This document shows positions 36,953 through 47,050 of a DNA stretch of 64,000 nt, in pieces (positions within the stretch are counted from its first letter, which is position 1; each line of letters starts with the position of its first letter). Below the pieces are notes generated by a model, which worked only from the letters and a program-made list of their open reading frames with translations, did no database searches and was not told the origin of the DNA. Both the position numbers and the translations under genes were made by a program. This DNA is from Candidatus Parcubacteria bacterium (GTDB lineage: Bacteria; Patescibacteriota; Patescibacteriia; Patescibacteriales; BM507): NCBI GenBank assembly GCA_002869265.1, contig PKTH01000040.1, forward strand, positions 5,120 through 69,119, read 5' to 3'.

Positions 36953-37660
36953 TTAATTTAAATGAAAATCTTCAAAAGAACTAACTATATTTAAAAACTC
37001 TTTTTTTTCGTTATGTTTTAAGACAAAACTTTCTAATTTTTTTATATCAATTTTAAACGCTAATATTAGCATTTTAATACAATTGTCTGAAATTGTCAAG
37101 TCTTCTCTTCTTTTGCTACAACTAGGGCAAACTATCCCCCCTTGAGAAATATTTATCTTGTATGCTTCTTTATTCTTTTTATTACAAACAAGACAAGAAT
37201 CAAGAGACAAAGAAAATCCAAGTAAACCAGAAAGTTTCAATAAAAAGACGCTATAAATTATATCTGAATCAAGATCATTAGCCCCCTCTAAAAAATACAG
37301 GAAATCTTGAATCAATACTTGCAAAGCTTCTTCTCCAAGACCATCTTTAATAGCTTTATTATATTTTTTTATGATCTTGGTTGCTAAAAATAACTTATTA
37401 TAATTATTTTTTATTCCAGAAAATGTTTCTATGTTTCTTATTGAACCAACATAATCATATTGTTTACCCCTAATAATCATAAGATCGACTATGTTCAGAG
37501 GTTCAGTATGCCCTGCTAATTTTGAATTTATCTTTTTTGCTCCACGGGCCACCAGACTAATCTTTCCTGTCTTGGCATTATAAAAAGAGACAAGTAGATC
37601 ACTTTCCCTGAAGTCTTGTCTCGATAATACTATTGATTTTGTATTTATTGACTCTTCCAT
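36953..37660 (-). CDS. recO: DNA repair protein RecO
   Basis: FRESDLLV, ARGAKKINSKLAG; zinc finger CLVC...CPSC. Confidence 0.92.
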   Translation of the reverse strand: MEESINTKSIVLSRQDFRESDLLVSFYNAKTGKISLVARGAKKINSKLAGHTEPLNIVDLMIIRGKQYDYVGSIRNIETFSGIKNNYNKLFLATKIIKKYNKAIKDGLGEEALQVLIQDFLYFLEGANDLDSDIIYSVFLLKLSGLLGFSLSLDSCLVCNKKNKEAYKINISQGGIVCPSCSKRREDLTISDNCIKMLILAFKIDIKKLESFVLKHNEKKEFLNIVSSFEDFHLN

Positions 37661-38044
37661 TTAGAGGGTGTCTAGGTATCCTTGAAGAATTATCATAGCA
37701 GCTATCGCATCTCTCGCTGATTTAGTTTTTTTATCGCCCTCAAGAGCATCGGCTGCTTTAGAGCTCATTCTTTCATCAACCGATACAACATTCACGCCAC
37801 TTATTTCTTCCAGTTTTTTCTTGAAACTTAAATATGACTCATGAAAACTTTTATCTTCATCTTTTAATTTACGAGGATCTCCCAAAACGATTTCACTTAT
37901 ATCTTCGTCCTTAACCACATCAACAATCTGACTGATTTTTTCAACCACTCCATAGGGTGTAGCTATTTTAAGGATACTATCCCCCATGGCAAGTCCTATT
38001 CTTGCTTCCCCCCAATCTATTCCTAAATATATTTTTTCTTCCAT
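37661..38044 (-). CDS. ruvX: YqgF/RuvX family RNase H-like nuclease
   Basis: LGIDWGEARIGLA, VDERMSS, DAIAAMIILQGYLD. Confidence 0.93.
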   Translation of the reverse strand: MEEKIYLGIDWGEARIGLAMGDSILKIATPYGVVEKISQIVDVVKDEDISEIVLGDPRKLKDEDKSFHESYLSFKKKLEEISGVNVVSVDERMSSKAADALEGDKKTKSARDAIAAMIILQGYLDTL

Positions 38045-38048
38045 CTTT

Positions 38049-38837
38049 CTATCTTGTTAATATTTCCGCTCCTTTTTTTGTTACTAAAATAGTATCTTCA
38101 AAGTGGGCACTCAATTCCCCATCCCGTGTGACAAAGGTAAATTCGTCGTCTAAGACATCAATTTCCCAAGAGCCCATATTAACCATTGGCTCAACTGCTA
38201 TTGTCATTCCTTCCCTTAGGGGGATGTCATATTGAGGACCAGCGTAATAATGAGGAATCTGCGGCTCCTCATGGACTGCTCTCCCCACTCCATGACCAAC
38301 CAAATCACGAACTACTGAGAATCCCCTAGCTTCTATATAATCTTCGATACTTTTCCCAATGTCATTTATGGTTGCTCCGGGTTTTATTTTCTTTATTGAG
38401 ATGTCGAGACTTTTCTTTGTAGCTTCTAGTAGTTTTTTTGTGTTGGCGTCAATCTTGCCCGCAGGAAATGTCCTTGCCATATCAGTATACATCCCCCGCC
38501 CATTTTCCAAGAGAGGATATTCCATCCCTACATCAATTGAAACTATGTCCCCCTGCTTTAAAATTCTCCCAGGAAGCGCTGGACCATGAACCACCTCGTT
38601 GTTTATATAAACACAAAGCGCCGTCGGGAAGGGCGTTGAATCTTCTGATATTTTATAATGTTTAAAAGATGGTCTTCCCCCCGCCTCTTCAATTAACTTA
38701 CAAGCCTTTTCTTCTAACTCCTTTGTACTAAGACCTGGTTCTACCATCTTTTCTAGGGACCGCATAACTGAAGAAAGGATCTTCCCACCCTCGCGCATTA
38801 ATTCAATTTCTTCTTTTGTTTTTATATTCTGTATCAT
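38049..38837 (-). CDS. map: Type I methionine aminopeptidase
   Basis: NNEVVHG, DIVSIDVG, DMART, GHGVG..VHEEP, AVEPM, SAHFEDT. Confidence 0.96.
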   Translation of the reverse strand: MIQNIKTKEEIELMREGGKILSSVMRSLEKMVEPGLSTKELEEKACKLIEEAGGRPSFKHYKISEDSTPFPTALCVYINNEVVHGPALPGRILKQGDIVSIDVGMEYPLLENGRGMYTDMARTFPAGKIDANTKKLLEATKKSLDISIKKIKPGATINDIGKSIEDYIEARGFSVVRDLVGHGVGRAVHEEPQIPHYYAGPQYDIPLREGMTIAVEPMVNMGSWEIDVLDDEFTFVTRDGELSAHFEDTILVTKKGAEILTR

Positions 38838-38838
38838 A

Positions 38839-39810
38839 TTAACCTCTAATAATTAAAAATACTACATAACAAGCATAAACTCCCAAAAGTGAAGCCCCTT
38901 CCCATTTACCGATAGTGCTTTTACTTCCAAAAAATACGGCAAAAAGAACTAAGATAGTAGATAAAAATAAAATAATAATATCGGTGTTCAATATTGGATT
39001 GTAAGAAATTGGGTTAATAATAGAACTAACTCCCAAAACCCAAAAAAGATTAAAAATATTTGAGCCAATTACATTCCCTACTGCAATATCTGTATGTTTC
39101 CTATAAGCCGCCATAGCAGAAGCTGCTAGCTCAGGTAGAGAGGTTCCAATAGCCACTATAGTCAAACCAATAAATTCTTCTGAAAGACCAAAACTAGTAG
39201 CAAAGAAAATAGCACTATCAACTATCCACCTACCTCCAAAGTACAGACAAACTAAGCCTGTAAATATCATTGCCACTGATGACCAAGTCTTATGTTTTTT
39301 TACTTTCTCCTCTTTTAGTTCTTCCACTAATGAAGAGTGTATTTTGCTTATACCAAAAGTATAATAAATAAAAATTGAAAAAAATAAAATTAAAATAAAG
39401 CCATCAATTCTAGTCAAAAAACTACCAGCTGTTCCATCAATCAGTTGATCATTTACTAAAAATGCTACAGCCAATATTGCCAAAAGAGAAAGTGGTATTT
39501 CTTTTGAAACCGTGCTCTTCTTAACTACTAGAGGCGTTATAACTGCTGAAGTGCCTAAAATCAAAAGAGTATTTGATATATTGGAACCAATAATATTTCC
39601 TAGGGCAATTCCTGTTGATTCATCCCAGGCGGCTATAGCACTAACAATAAGCTCTGGGGCTGAGGTCCCAAAGGCAACAATGGTCAAACCAATTACAAGA
39701 TTTGAAATTCCAAATTTTTTAGCTATCGCTGATGAACCTTCAACTAAAATATCTGCTCCCTTAACTAAGAAGATAAATCCCAATATGAAAAATAAAATTG
39801 ATATAAACAT
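38839..39810 (-). CDS. Calcium/sodium antiporter (YrbG family)
   Basis: Two alpha repeats: GTSAPE...GNIIGSNI and GTSLPE...GNVIGSNI. Confidence 0.93.
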   Translation of the reverse strand: MFISILFFILGFIFLVKGADILVEGSSAIAKKFGISNLVIGLTIVAFGTSAPELIVSAIAAWDESTGIALGNIIGSNISNTLLILGTSAVITPLVVKKSTVSKEIPLSLLAILAVAFLVNDQLIDGTAGSFLTRIDGFILILFFSIFIYYTFGISKIHSSLVEELKEEKVKKHKTWSSVAMIFTGLVCLYFGGRWIVDSAIFFATSFGLSEEFIGLTIVAIGTSLPELAASAMAAYRKHTDIAVGNVIGSNIFNLFWVLGVSSIINPISYNPILNTDIIILFLSTILVLFAVFFGSKSTIGKWEGASLLGVYACYVVFLIIRG

Positions 39811-39817
39811 TAAATAA

Positions 39818-40471
39818 TTATAAATGATTTCTCGATCCCGGCATTGCACCGGACATTCCTCCAGTTAACGATGAGGCTTTTGATCCTTGATTCGTCAGCC
39901 CTCTTGGGCTCTGACCAGCAACACCTCTTGGAGCTTGATTCTTTGTGCTGGGCACTTGACTCTTGCCGCCACCAGCCTTTGCAGAAACTCCATGATGATC
40001 CCCTCCTACATGAGCATAACCGTATTCTTCTGCAGTACCCTGCTCTTTACTGTAAGCAGCGCTTAAACGATTTTTTCTGTCAGCTTTGTGCTGAGCTTGT
40101 ATTTCCTCCTTGCTCATTTTTCTTCCTTCTGAAATATTCAATTGCTTTCTTTGTTCCTCTAGACGTTTTTGCTTAATTTGTTCTCTCCTGGTTAGCTTTC
40201 TTTCTCCGGGGTCTTTTTTTACTCCAAAAACCCTTGAAAATTCAGAATTGTTTTCGATAACTTTTTTCCTTTCAGAAACTTTCAGTCCCATTTCTTTTAA
40301 TTTCTTCAATGCCTTAAGCTTTGACAGGCCGTCAAATTCTTCAGCCATGTATTTAACATGAGTCGCCTTGTTTAATGATCCTGTAGCCCTTGCGGCGTGT
40401 TTCCTGATTATGGGGTCATATTGCTTTGCGCAGGCTTCTAAGATTGCTCTTTTTTTTAAATTAACTGCCAT
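39818..40471 (-). CDS. Hypothetical basic protein with a Gly/Ser/Gln-rich disordered C-terminus
   Basis: Fills the gap in the operon; Lys/Arg-rich helical N-terminal half. Confidence 0.65.
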   Translation of the reverse strand: MAVNLKKRAILEACAKQYDPIIRKHAARATGSLNKATHVKYMAEEFDGLSKLKALKKLKEMGLKVSERKKVIENNSEFSRVFGVKKDPGERKLTRREQIKQKRLEEQRKQLNISEGRKMSKEEIQAQHKADRKNRLSAAYSKEQGTAEEYGYAHVGGDHHGVSAKAGGGKSQVPSTKNQAPRGVAGQSPRGLTNQGSKASSLTGGMSGAMPGSRNHL

Positions 40472-40472
40472 G

Positions 40473-41663
40473 TTATTTGTACCTTAGGGCAACCAAAGCA
40501 TTGATTCCCGCTGCTCTTTTTGCTGGATAAAAACCGGTAATTAAACCAACAACAGTTGAAAAAATAGTAACTGTTATTATAAACCAAGCCGGTGTAAAAA
40601 ACAAGTCAATCTTGTCGCCACCATAAGCACCAGCCAAAACATTAATAATATTATTAAATACCTCTCCCCCGAGCATCCCGATCAATATACCCCCGGCTCC
40701 ACCTGTAAAACCAATAATCACCGACTCAGTTAAAAACATCTGCCAGATATCAGCAGAAGTGGCTCCCAAGGCCTTCATAATCCCAATCTCCTGAGTTCTC
40801 TCTAAGAGAGCTATCGTCATGGTGTTAAACATACCAATAGCAGAAACAATCAAAGCAATAACACCAAATAAAGCTAAGACGATTTGAGCTACTTTAAATA
40901 TCTGATTAGCTTGCTCGATAATATCAGAAAGGGCACTTACCAAGAAGTTTTGATCAATTAAATAAGATCTTACTATTTCGAGGCTTTCTTCTTTATCTAC
41001 TTTAACTTTAATTTTTGAAAAATTAACATCACCAATCACCCTACTTAATGAATAAGGTAAATAAGCAAAACTAGAAGCCTCATCATCAGCCACCCCGACT
41101 ATTTCAAATTCTTCTCCAACATCTACCAGCTCTCTTAAGCCACTTTCGTCAACATTCTTATAAACTGAAAAACTAACCTTTTTACCAATGGCCTCCTCTT
41201 CCGGGATATTAAATAATTGCAAAGACGCCTGTGAAACAATAATTTTATCTTTTTCATCCGCTCCGTAGAAATCCCCCAGCTTAAGTGTGGTTCCATCAAG
41301 CCTAAAAAAGTTAGCATCTACGAAATTAGCAGTTATCTCAGATGAAATCTGATCTACCTTCATCCTTGATGACAAAGATACCAGTGGTGATATTATCTCT
41401 ACTTGGCTAACGCCTCTTATTTTATCAACCGATTCTTGGTTAAGACTTATTCCCTCAAGATCCGAAACAGAAACATCTAAACTAAGAAGTGCATCAGAAG
41501 TAGTAATCTGACTCAAAATAACTTGTTGTAAACCATATCCAAGAGACACTAAAAACAAAATAGTCCCAATACCCACAGAGATTCCCAATATTGTAAGTAT
41601 GGTTCTAGAACGATTTGTTCTAAACATTCTAGTGGCTAATCTAAATAAATCAGGAGGTAGCAT
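40473..41663 (-). CDS. MacB/FtsX-type ABC transporter permease
   Basis: RTILTILGISVGI, ERTQEIGIMKALGA, GFYPAKRAA; start moved to ATG 41663. Confidence 0.92.
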   Translation of the reverse strand: MLPPDLFRLATRMFRTNRSRTILTILGISVGIGTILFLVSLGYGLQQVILSQITTSDALLSLDVSVSDLEGISLNQESVDKIRGVSQVEIISPLVSLSSRMKVDQISSEITANFVDANFFRLDGTTLKLGDFYGADEKDKIIVSQASLQLFNIPEEEAIGKKVSFSVYKNVDESGLRELVDVGEEFEIVGVADDEASSFAYLPYSLSRVIGDVNFSKIKVKVDKEESLEIVRSYLIDQNFLVSALSDIIEQANQIFKVAQIVLALFGVIALIVSAIGMFNTMTIALLERTQEIGIMKALGATSADIWQMFLTESVIIGFTGGAGGILIGMLGGEVFNNIINVLAGAYGGDKIDLFFTPAWFIITVTIFSTVVGLITGFYPAKRAAGINALVALRYK

Positions 41664-43086
41664 CTTGTTGTTTGTTATCGAGAGCACTATACATTTGCTC
41701 TCTTTTTTTATCTAAAAATTTCCTATTTTGTGAAACACCGAAGCCAAGGATAAGAGTCAATTCAACCTCCTCAGAAACTGATCTGGCGGTTTTAGCATTT
41801 AAGCCAACGCCCTCTTCTTTAAATGGCCTGTCAATTATCTCATACATTTCTGGCTTTGATATTTTTTCACTCAAGCGCTCAAAAACAGCCTTTTCTAAAC
41901 GTTTTACTTCTTCCTCGTTTGGTTTTGTTTTGTAGTCTGCAAAACAAACTTCCAATAGATACTTTGTAAGGATAACTGCCTTTTCTTCAACTGGAAATAT
42001 TTCATGTACTCCTTGCTCATTTTTTGATTGTCGCCTCTCTTGATAAACAAATTTAGACATCTGCATAATACCCTCTACTCGACTGGAGATCTTTCTGGCG
42101 GTTCTCACATCAAAACCAACTCCACCCTCTGTATAAGGGCGGTTTAGAATATCTAGAAAATCATCTTGCCCAACAGACTCCATAAGATAGCGCTGCATTA
42201 GGTCTTCAAATATTTTAGTTTCCTCTGCATTTCTATTTGTAATAAAATGGTGGGTAAACATCTTCGCCTTGTATGGCATGATAAGAATATTTATCTGCTC
42301 CGGTGAGAGACCCTGATATGTCCTCATCAAGTTTTGCAGTTCGTTCGTCGGTGCTTTCGTTTTTTCCTCTTCTTTTTTTTCTTCGATGTTTTTGTTTTTA
42401 TTAATCTCTTCTTTAATGATTATCCCGTCTTTTAAATAAAATATTCTATCTCCATATGAAAGATATTCTGGATTATGAGTAACCAAAACAATGGTCTTCT
42501 TCTCTCTTTCATTCAAGTCTTTAAAAATACCTAAAACATTTTTAGCGGAAACAGAATCAAGATTACCAACAGGCTCATCAGCTAAAATAATGTCAGGGTT
42601 GTTGATAATACATCTGGCAATGCCGATTCTTTGTTGTTGACCTCCGGAAAGCTCAGATGGAAGTTTATCGGCCTGTTTTCTAATACCAAATCTTTCAAGA
42701 AGCTCTGCTCCAACCTGATCTCTCTTTCTCTTTCTTCTATTCAAAAAAATCTGTGGTAAAACAACATTGTCCAGCACTGACAAACTTGTTATAAGGTTAT
42801 AGGATTGATAGACCATTCCAACTGTTTTTCTGTGGTATTCAACCTGTTCTCTTTTTGTCATCTCTGAAATATCCTGATCATACACAAAAGCTGTTCCAGG
42901 GGCTGGAACTTCTAAACCGGCAATAACATTCAAGAGAGTGGATTTACCACAACCAGAAGGTCCATAAAGTATCACAAATTCCTCAGGGAATATTTCCAAG
43001 GAAACATTCACAAGGGCTTGATATTCATTGGTTTTTCCTTCGTTGTATGTAAAATTAAGGTTTTTTAACCTAAAAATTGGTTTCAT
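41650..43086 (-). CDS. MacB/LolD-type ABC ATP-binding protein with an extension of about 240 aa at the C-terminus
   Basis: GPSGCGKST, LSGGQQQR, ADEPVGNLD, VTHNP. Confidence 0.92.
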   Translation of the reverse strand: MKPIFRLKNLNFTYNEGKTNEYQALVNVSLEIFPEEFVILYGPSGCGKSTLLNVIAGLEVPAPGTAFVYDQDISEMTKREQVEYHRKTVGMVYQSYNLITSLSVLDNVVLPQIFLNRRKRKRDQVGAELLERFGIRKQADKLPSELSGGQQQRIGIARCIINNPDIILADEPVGNLDSVSAKNVLGIFKDLNEREKKTIVLVTHNPEYLSYGDRIFYLKDGIIIKEEINKNKNIEEKKEEEKTKAPTNELQNLMRTYQGLSPEQINILIMPYKAKMFTHHFITNRNAEETKIFEDLMQRYLMESVGQDDFLDILNRPYTEGGVGFDVRTARKISSRVEGIMQMSKFVYQERRQSKNEQGVHEIFPVEEKAVILTKYLLEVCFADYKTKPNEEEVKRLEKAVFERLSEKISKPEMYEIIDRPFKEEGVGLNAKTARSVSEEVELTLILGFGVSQNRKFLDKKREQMYSALDNKQQDATS

Positions 43087-43194
43087 ATGCTAAAATTACG
43101 GCAAATATATTATCCTCTTACCTAAGATTATAACATGATTTATACATTAAAAAAACCTCCCAATTGGAGGTTTTAATTTTTAAACTAAATAAAT

Positions 43195-43413
43195 CTAGTC
43201 TTTTTTCAAATCTTTTTTTATTTTGATTATCCCGTATATTACATAAACAACAGACAATACAATCAAGGATAATGACAGCAACATTACTAATATTGAATCA
43301 TTCACATACCCAATTATCCCTATAAATATAAAAACAATAAATACAAATAAATATAGTCTTAAATATGGCCCGAAAAGGCCATCTATAAGTGAACCGAAAA
43401 TATCATCAATCAT
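43195..43413 (-). CDS. Small two-TM membrane protein
   Basis: 72 aa with two hydrophobic helices; flanked by hairpins at 43149-43175 and 43449-43482. Confidence 0.6.
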   Translation of the reverse strand: MIDDIFGSLIDGLFGPYLRLYLFVFIVFIFIGIIGYVNDSILVMLLSLSLIVLSVVYVIYGIIKIKKDLKKD

Positions 43414-43448
43414 TTTTCATTTATAACAATTTATATGGTAATTATAAC

Positions 43449-43482
43449 AAAAAAAGAGTATTCACAAAAGAATACTCTTTTT
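43449..43482. terminator. Terminator ending the S10-spc-secY transcript
   Basis: AAAAAAGAGTATTC-acaaaa-GAATACTCTTTTT. Confidence 0.8.
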
Positions 43483-43499
43483 ATATATAAAAAAATGTT

Positions 43500-44774
43500 T
43501 TATAGTCCTTCGTATTCTCTCATCGTCAATTGTGACTCTATCTGTTTAACTGTTTCAATAACTACCGCTACCACAATCAGAAGACTGGTTCCTCCGATAG
43601 TAAGACCAGAAGCAACTCCTGGTAGAGCTTGTAAGATAAGAGGTAGAACCGCAATAGTTCCCAAGAAAAGAGCACCAACAAAGATGATTTTATGAGTGGT
43701 TTGTGCTAAGTATTCAGCAGTATTTTTACCCGGTCTAATTCCTGGAATAAATCCACCCTGTTTTTGAAGATTCTCTGCAATCCTGTCTGGATGAAAAATA
43801 ACTTAAGTGTAAAAATATGTAAAGGCGAATACTAACAAGAAATACAAGACACCATAAACAGTTTGGTTGGCAAAAACATCAATAATCCAAGCTGAAAAAT
43901 TTGCTATCCACTCTGTTTTAGCGTTCTCAAAAAATTGAGCAACCATTGTTGGAAACAACACAACCGAAATAGCGAAGATGATTGGGATAACACCAGCCAT
44001 ATTAACTCTCAAAGGAAGGTGTGTAGTTGTGCCACCAAATGATCGATTACCCCTAACTTGTTTGGCATACTGAACAGGTATATTTCTTTGCCCCTCCGTG
44101 ATCCAAACAACTCCCAAAACAGTTAAGATAGCAACAATTGAAAAGCCAATAATAGTTGTCAGTTGAGAGGGGTCGAAATTAACAACGATTTGTTGTAAGG
44201 TCTGCGGAAGGCTTGAAACGATACCAGCAAATATCAAAAGTGAAATACCGTTACCAATATTCTTCTCTGTAATAAGCTCACCAATCCACATCAAGAAAAC
44301 TGTTCCGGCTGTTATGGTTACCACCATAGCGAATATATCAAAAGAGGTAACATCAGTAAGGATGCCGGCGCTTGATCTTTTCAATAAGATTACCATTGAG
44401 AAGGCTTGCAGTGCTGCAAGCGGGACTGTGGCCCATCTGGTCCACATATTTATCTTTTGTCTTCCTGACTCTTCTTTTTGCATTTCCTCTAACTGCGGAA
44501 CAATCATGGCTAAAAGTTGAAATATAATTGATGATGTAATATATGGAGCAATTCCCATCATAACAACGGAAAAGTTAGCCATACTTCCACCAGAAAAAAC
44601 ATTCAAAAGACCTAAGACCTGATTACCTCCAAAAAACTCCTTCAAAGCAGTAACGTCAACTCCAGGAATAGGAATATGAGCCGCGAATCTGAAAATAACA
44701 AGCATTGATAAAACAAATAAAATATTATTTCTCAAATCTTTTACTTTCCAAATTTGGGCAATTTTATTTATCAT
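43500..44774 (-). CDS. secY: Preprotein translocase SecY, with an in-frame TAA at 43803-43805
   Basis: The frame continues past the stop: FTYFYT*VIFHPDRIAENLQKQGGFIPGIRPGKNTAEYL...GGTSLLIVVAVVIETVKQIESQLTMREYEGL. Confidence 0.95.
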
Positions 44775-44786
44775 GGGTTTAAAATA

Positions 44787-45254
44787 TTATTTTTTTGAGC
44801 TCTTTTCTTCTAGAGGAAGAACCTTTCCTCCTGCTTTCTCTATTTTAGCACGAGCAGTGTCACTTAGGCTAATATTTTGAAACTGAAGTTTCTTCACCTT
44901 TAGATCACCAATGGCCAAAATTTTAATTTTCCCTTTTTGATCACTTACTAAACCAACCTTACAAAGTGACTTAGCATTCACTAACTGACCTTCACTAAAG
45001 TATTTATTTAGATCGGTTACATTTACTACTTGTGCTTTTGGTTTAAGTGATTTAAATCCTCTAACCTTTGGAGTCCTTAGAAGAGTCTGCTTCATACCAA
45101 GTCTCTTAAGACCAGACACACCTGATCTTGCTTTCTGTCCCTTCATTCCTTTCCCACTATAGTTTCCATCACCTGAAGAATTACCCCTACCAAGTCTTTT
45201 TCTTTTTTTAGTGGCTCCAGTATCGCTTTTAATTGTATTCAATGATAACGCCAT
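44787..45254 (-). CDS. rplO: 50S ribosomal protein L15
   Basis: RLGRGNSSG...GKGMKGQKARSG. Confidence 0.96.
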   Translation of the reverse strand: MALSLNTIKSDTGATKKRKRLGRGNSSGDGNYSGKGMKGQKARSGVSGLKRLGMKQTLLRTPKVRGFKSLKPKAQVVNVTDLNKYFSEGQLVNAKSLCKVGLVSDQKGKIKILAIGDLKVKKLQFQNISLSDTARAKIEKAGGKVLPLEEKSSKK

Positions 45255-45285
45255 AATATTTTTATATAATATAGTATAAGTTAAA

Positions 45286-46080
45286 TTATTTTTTCTCGCT
45301 AGCCTTCTTCGAAGCAGTCTTTTTTGCGGTTGGCTTCTTTGGGGCAGGCTTCTTTTCAGTCTTTTTTACTTCTTTCTTGGCTAAAGGTTTTTTAGCGGCC
45401 ACTTTTGGAGCCTCTTTATAATCCGCCTTCTTTTTTTCTTTCACTTCAACTTTTTTCATGCCAGCCAAAGCTTCAATTGTACATTTAGCAATACTGACCT
45501 TATTATTTGTTCCAAGAATTTTACTAGTAATATTGTTAACTCCTGCGAGCTCCAGAATAATACGCACAGCACCACCAGCAATCACACCCTTACCTTTTCT
45601 AGCTGGTTTAAATAAAATTTTAGCAGCACCTGTTTTTTGATAAACTTCGTGTGGAATAGTTTCATTTACAATTGAAACATCTACCAATTCTTTTTTAGCT
45701 TGGGCAACTGCTTTGGTAACAGCGATTGTAACGTCTGCTCCCTTAGCAAGACCAACACCAACCTTACCCTTTTTGTTACCAATAGCCACACATGCTCTAA
45801 ATCTCATTCTTTTTCCACCGGCCATAACACGAGTAACCCTGGCTAGGTCTACTATTTTTTGTTCAAATTCGTCTTGCGGTTTATCTCTTTCGAAATTCTT
45901 TCTTCTTTTTTTAGCGAATTTTTTTTCACCGTAAACTGACTTCCCTACTGCATCCTTGGCTACAACAGCCTTCTCACCAGCTTTAGCTACCGCCGCATCT
46001 TTTTTAACTGCGACATCTGCTTTTGGCTTTTCAACCAAAGCTTTATCCTTTGTTTCGGCTACTTTTTTTTCTTCTGCCAT
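45286..46080 (-). CDS. rpsE: 30S ribosomal protein S5 with N- and C-terminal K/A/E-rich extensions
   Basis: RVTRVMAGGKRMRFRA, GVIAGGAVR. Confidence 0.96.
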   Translation of the reverse strand: MAEEKKVAETKDKALVEKPKADVAVKKDAAVAKAGEKAVVAKDAVGKSVYGEKKFAKKRRKNFERDKPQDEFEQKIVDLARVTRVMAGGKRMRFRACVAIGNKKGKVGVGLAKGADVTIAVTKAVAQAKKELVDVSIVNETIPHEVYQKTGAAKILFKPARKGKGVIAGGAVRIILELAGVNNITSKILGTNNKVSIAKCTIEALAGMKKVEVKEKKKADYKEAPKVAAKKPLAKKEVKKTEKKPAPKKPTAKKTASKKASEKK

Positions 46081-46107
46081 ATTATATTACCTATTTATAA
46101 TTATTAT

Positions 46108-46464
46108 TTAAAATTTCAAACCACCTTCCCTAGCACCACTTGCTAAAGATTCAATTCTTCCATGATACTTATAAGATCCCTTATCAAAAACAGCTGAAGA
46201 TATTTTCTTTTCGACTGCCTTTTTAGCTAAAAGCTTTCCTATCTCAAAACTTACTGCTTTTTTATCTCCATCAGCCTTAACCTCTTTTGAATTAACACTA
46301 ACCAAAGTAAACCCTTTTGTATCATCAATTAATTGAACAAACATCCCTTTGTTTGATTTAAAAACAGAAATTCTTGGCCTCTCAGATGTGCCAGATATTT
46401 TTGCTCTTATCCTAGCATGCCTTCTCTGCTTTTTGATTTGCTTATTTTTTTCTTTATTGCTCAT
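46108..46464 (-). CDS. rplR: 50S ribosomal protein L18
   Basis: GTSERPRISVFKSN, VFDKGSYKYHGR. Confidence 0.96.
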   Translation of the reverse strand: MSNKEKNKQIKKQRRHARIRAKISGTSERPRISVFKSNKGMFVQLIDDTKGFTLVSVNSKEVKADGDKKAVSFEIGKLLAKKAVEKKISSAVFDKGSYKYHGRIESLASGAREGGLKF

Positions 46465-46481
46465 ATTAAAAATTTAAATTA

Positions 46482-47027
46482 TTAATCTGCCTTACCAGCT
46501 GCCTTACCAACCTTTCTTCTAATTTGTTCGTCGATATATTTTATTCCTTTTCCTTTGTATGGTTCTGGTTTTTTAACTTTTCTTATTTGGGCGGCTGTTT
46601 CACCAACTAGTTGTTTATCAATCCCAGAAACTGAAATAACATTTCCTTCAACTTGGGCTGTAATACCTTCTGGAATTTCAAAATCTACTTGATGAGAAAA
46701 CCCAACATTTAAAACAAGTTTTTTTCCTTGTAGCGCTGCTTTATAACCAACACCGTTTATTTCTAATTTTTTTTCAAAACCTTCATTTACACCTACAACC
46801 ATATTGTTTATCAGGCTTCTATAAAGACCCCAGAATGCTTTTTCCTTCTTAACATCAGGATTTTTAACGCTAACAACGATTTCTTTTTCAGAAATATCAA
46901 TATTTACGGCCTTATTGGTTTTTTCCTTAAGCTCCCCTTTTGCCCCTTTTATTAATATAAAATCTCCCTCAATCTTAGCTTGAGTCCCTTGGGGTAATTC
47001 AATTGGTAATTTTCCTAATCTAGACAT
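46482..47027 (-). CDS. rplF: 50S ribosomal protein L6
   Basis: MSRLGKLPI, PEPYKGKGIKY. Confidence 0.97.
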   Translation of the reverse strand: MSRLGKLPIELPQGTQAKIEGDFILIKGAKGELKEKTNKAVNIDISEKEIVVSVKNPDVKKEKAFWGLYRSLINNMVVGVNEGFEKKLEINGVGYKAALQGKKLVLNVGFSHQVDFEIPEGITAQVEGNVISVSGIDKQLVGETAAQIRKVKKPEPYKGKGIKYIDEQIRRKVGKAAGKAD

Positions 47028-47050
47028 AATATTATAATTAAACTATTTAT

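Noticed and set aside
43435..43695. 86-aa plus-strand ORF
   Set aside because: Antisense to the conserved C-terminal part of secY.
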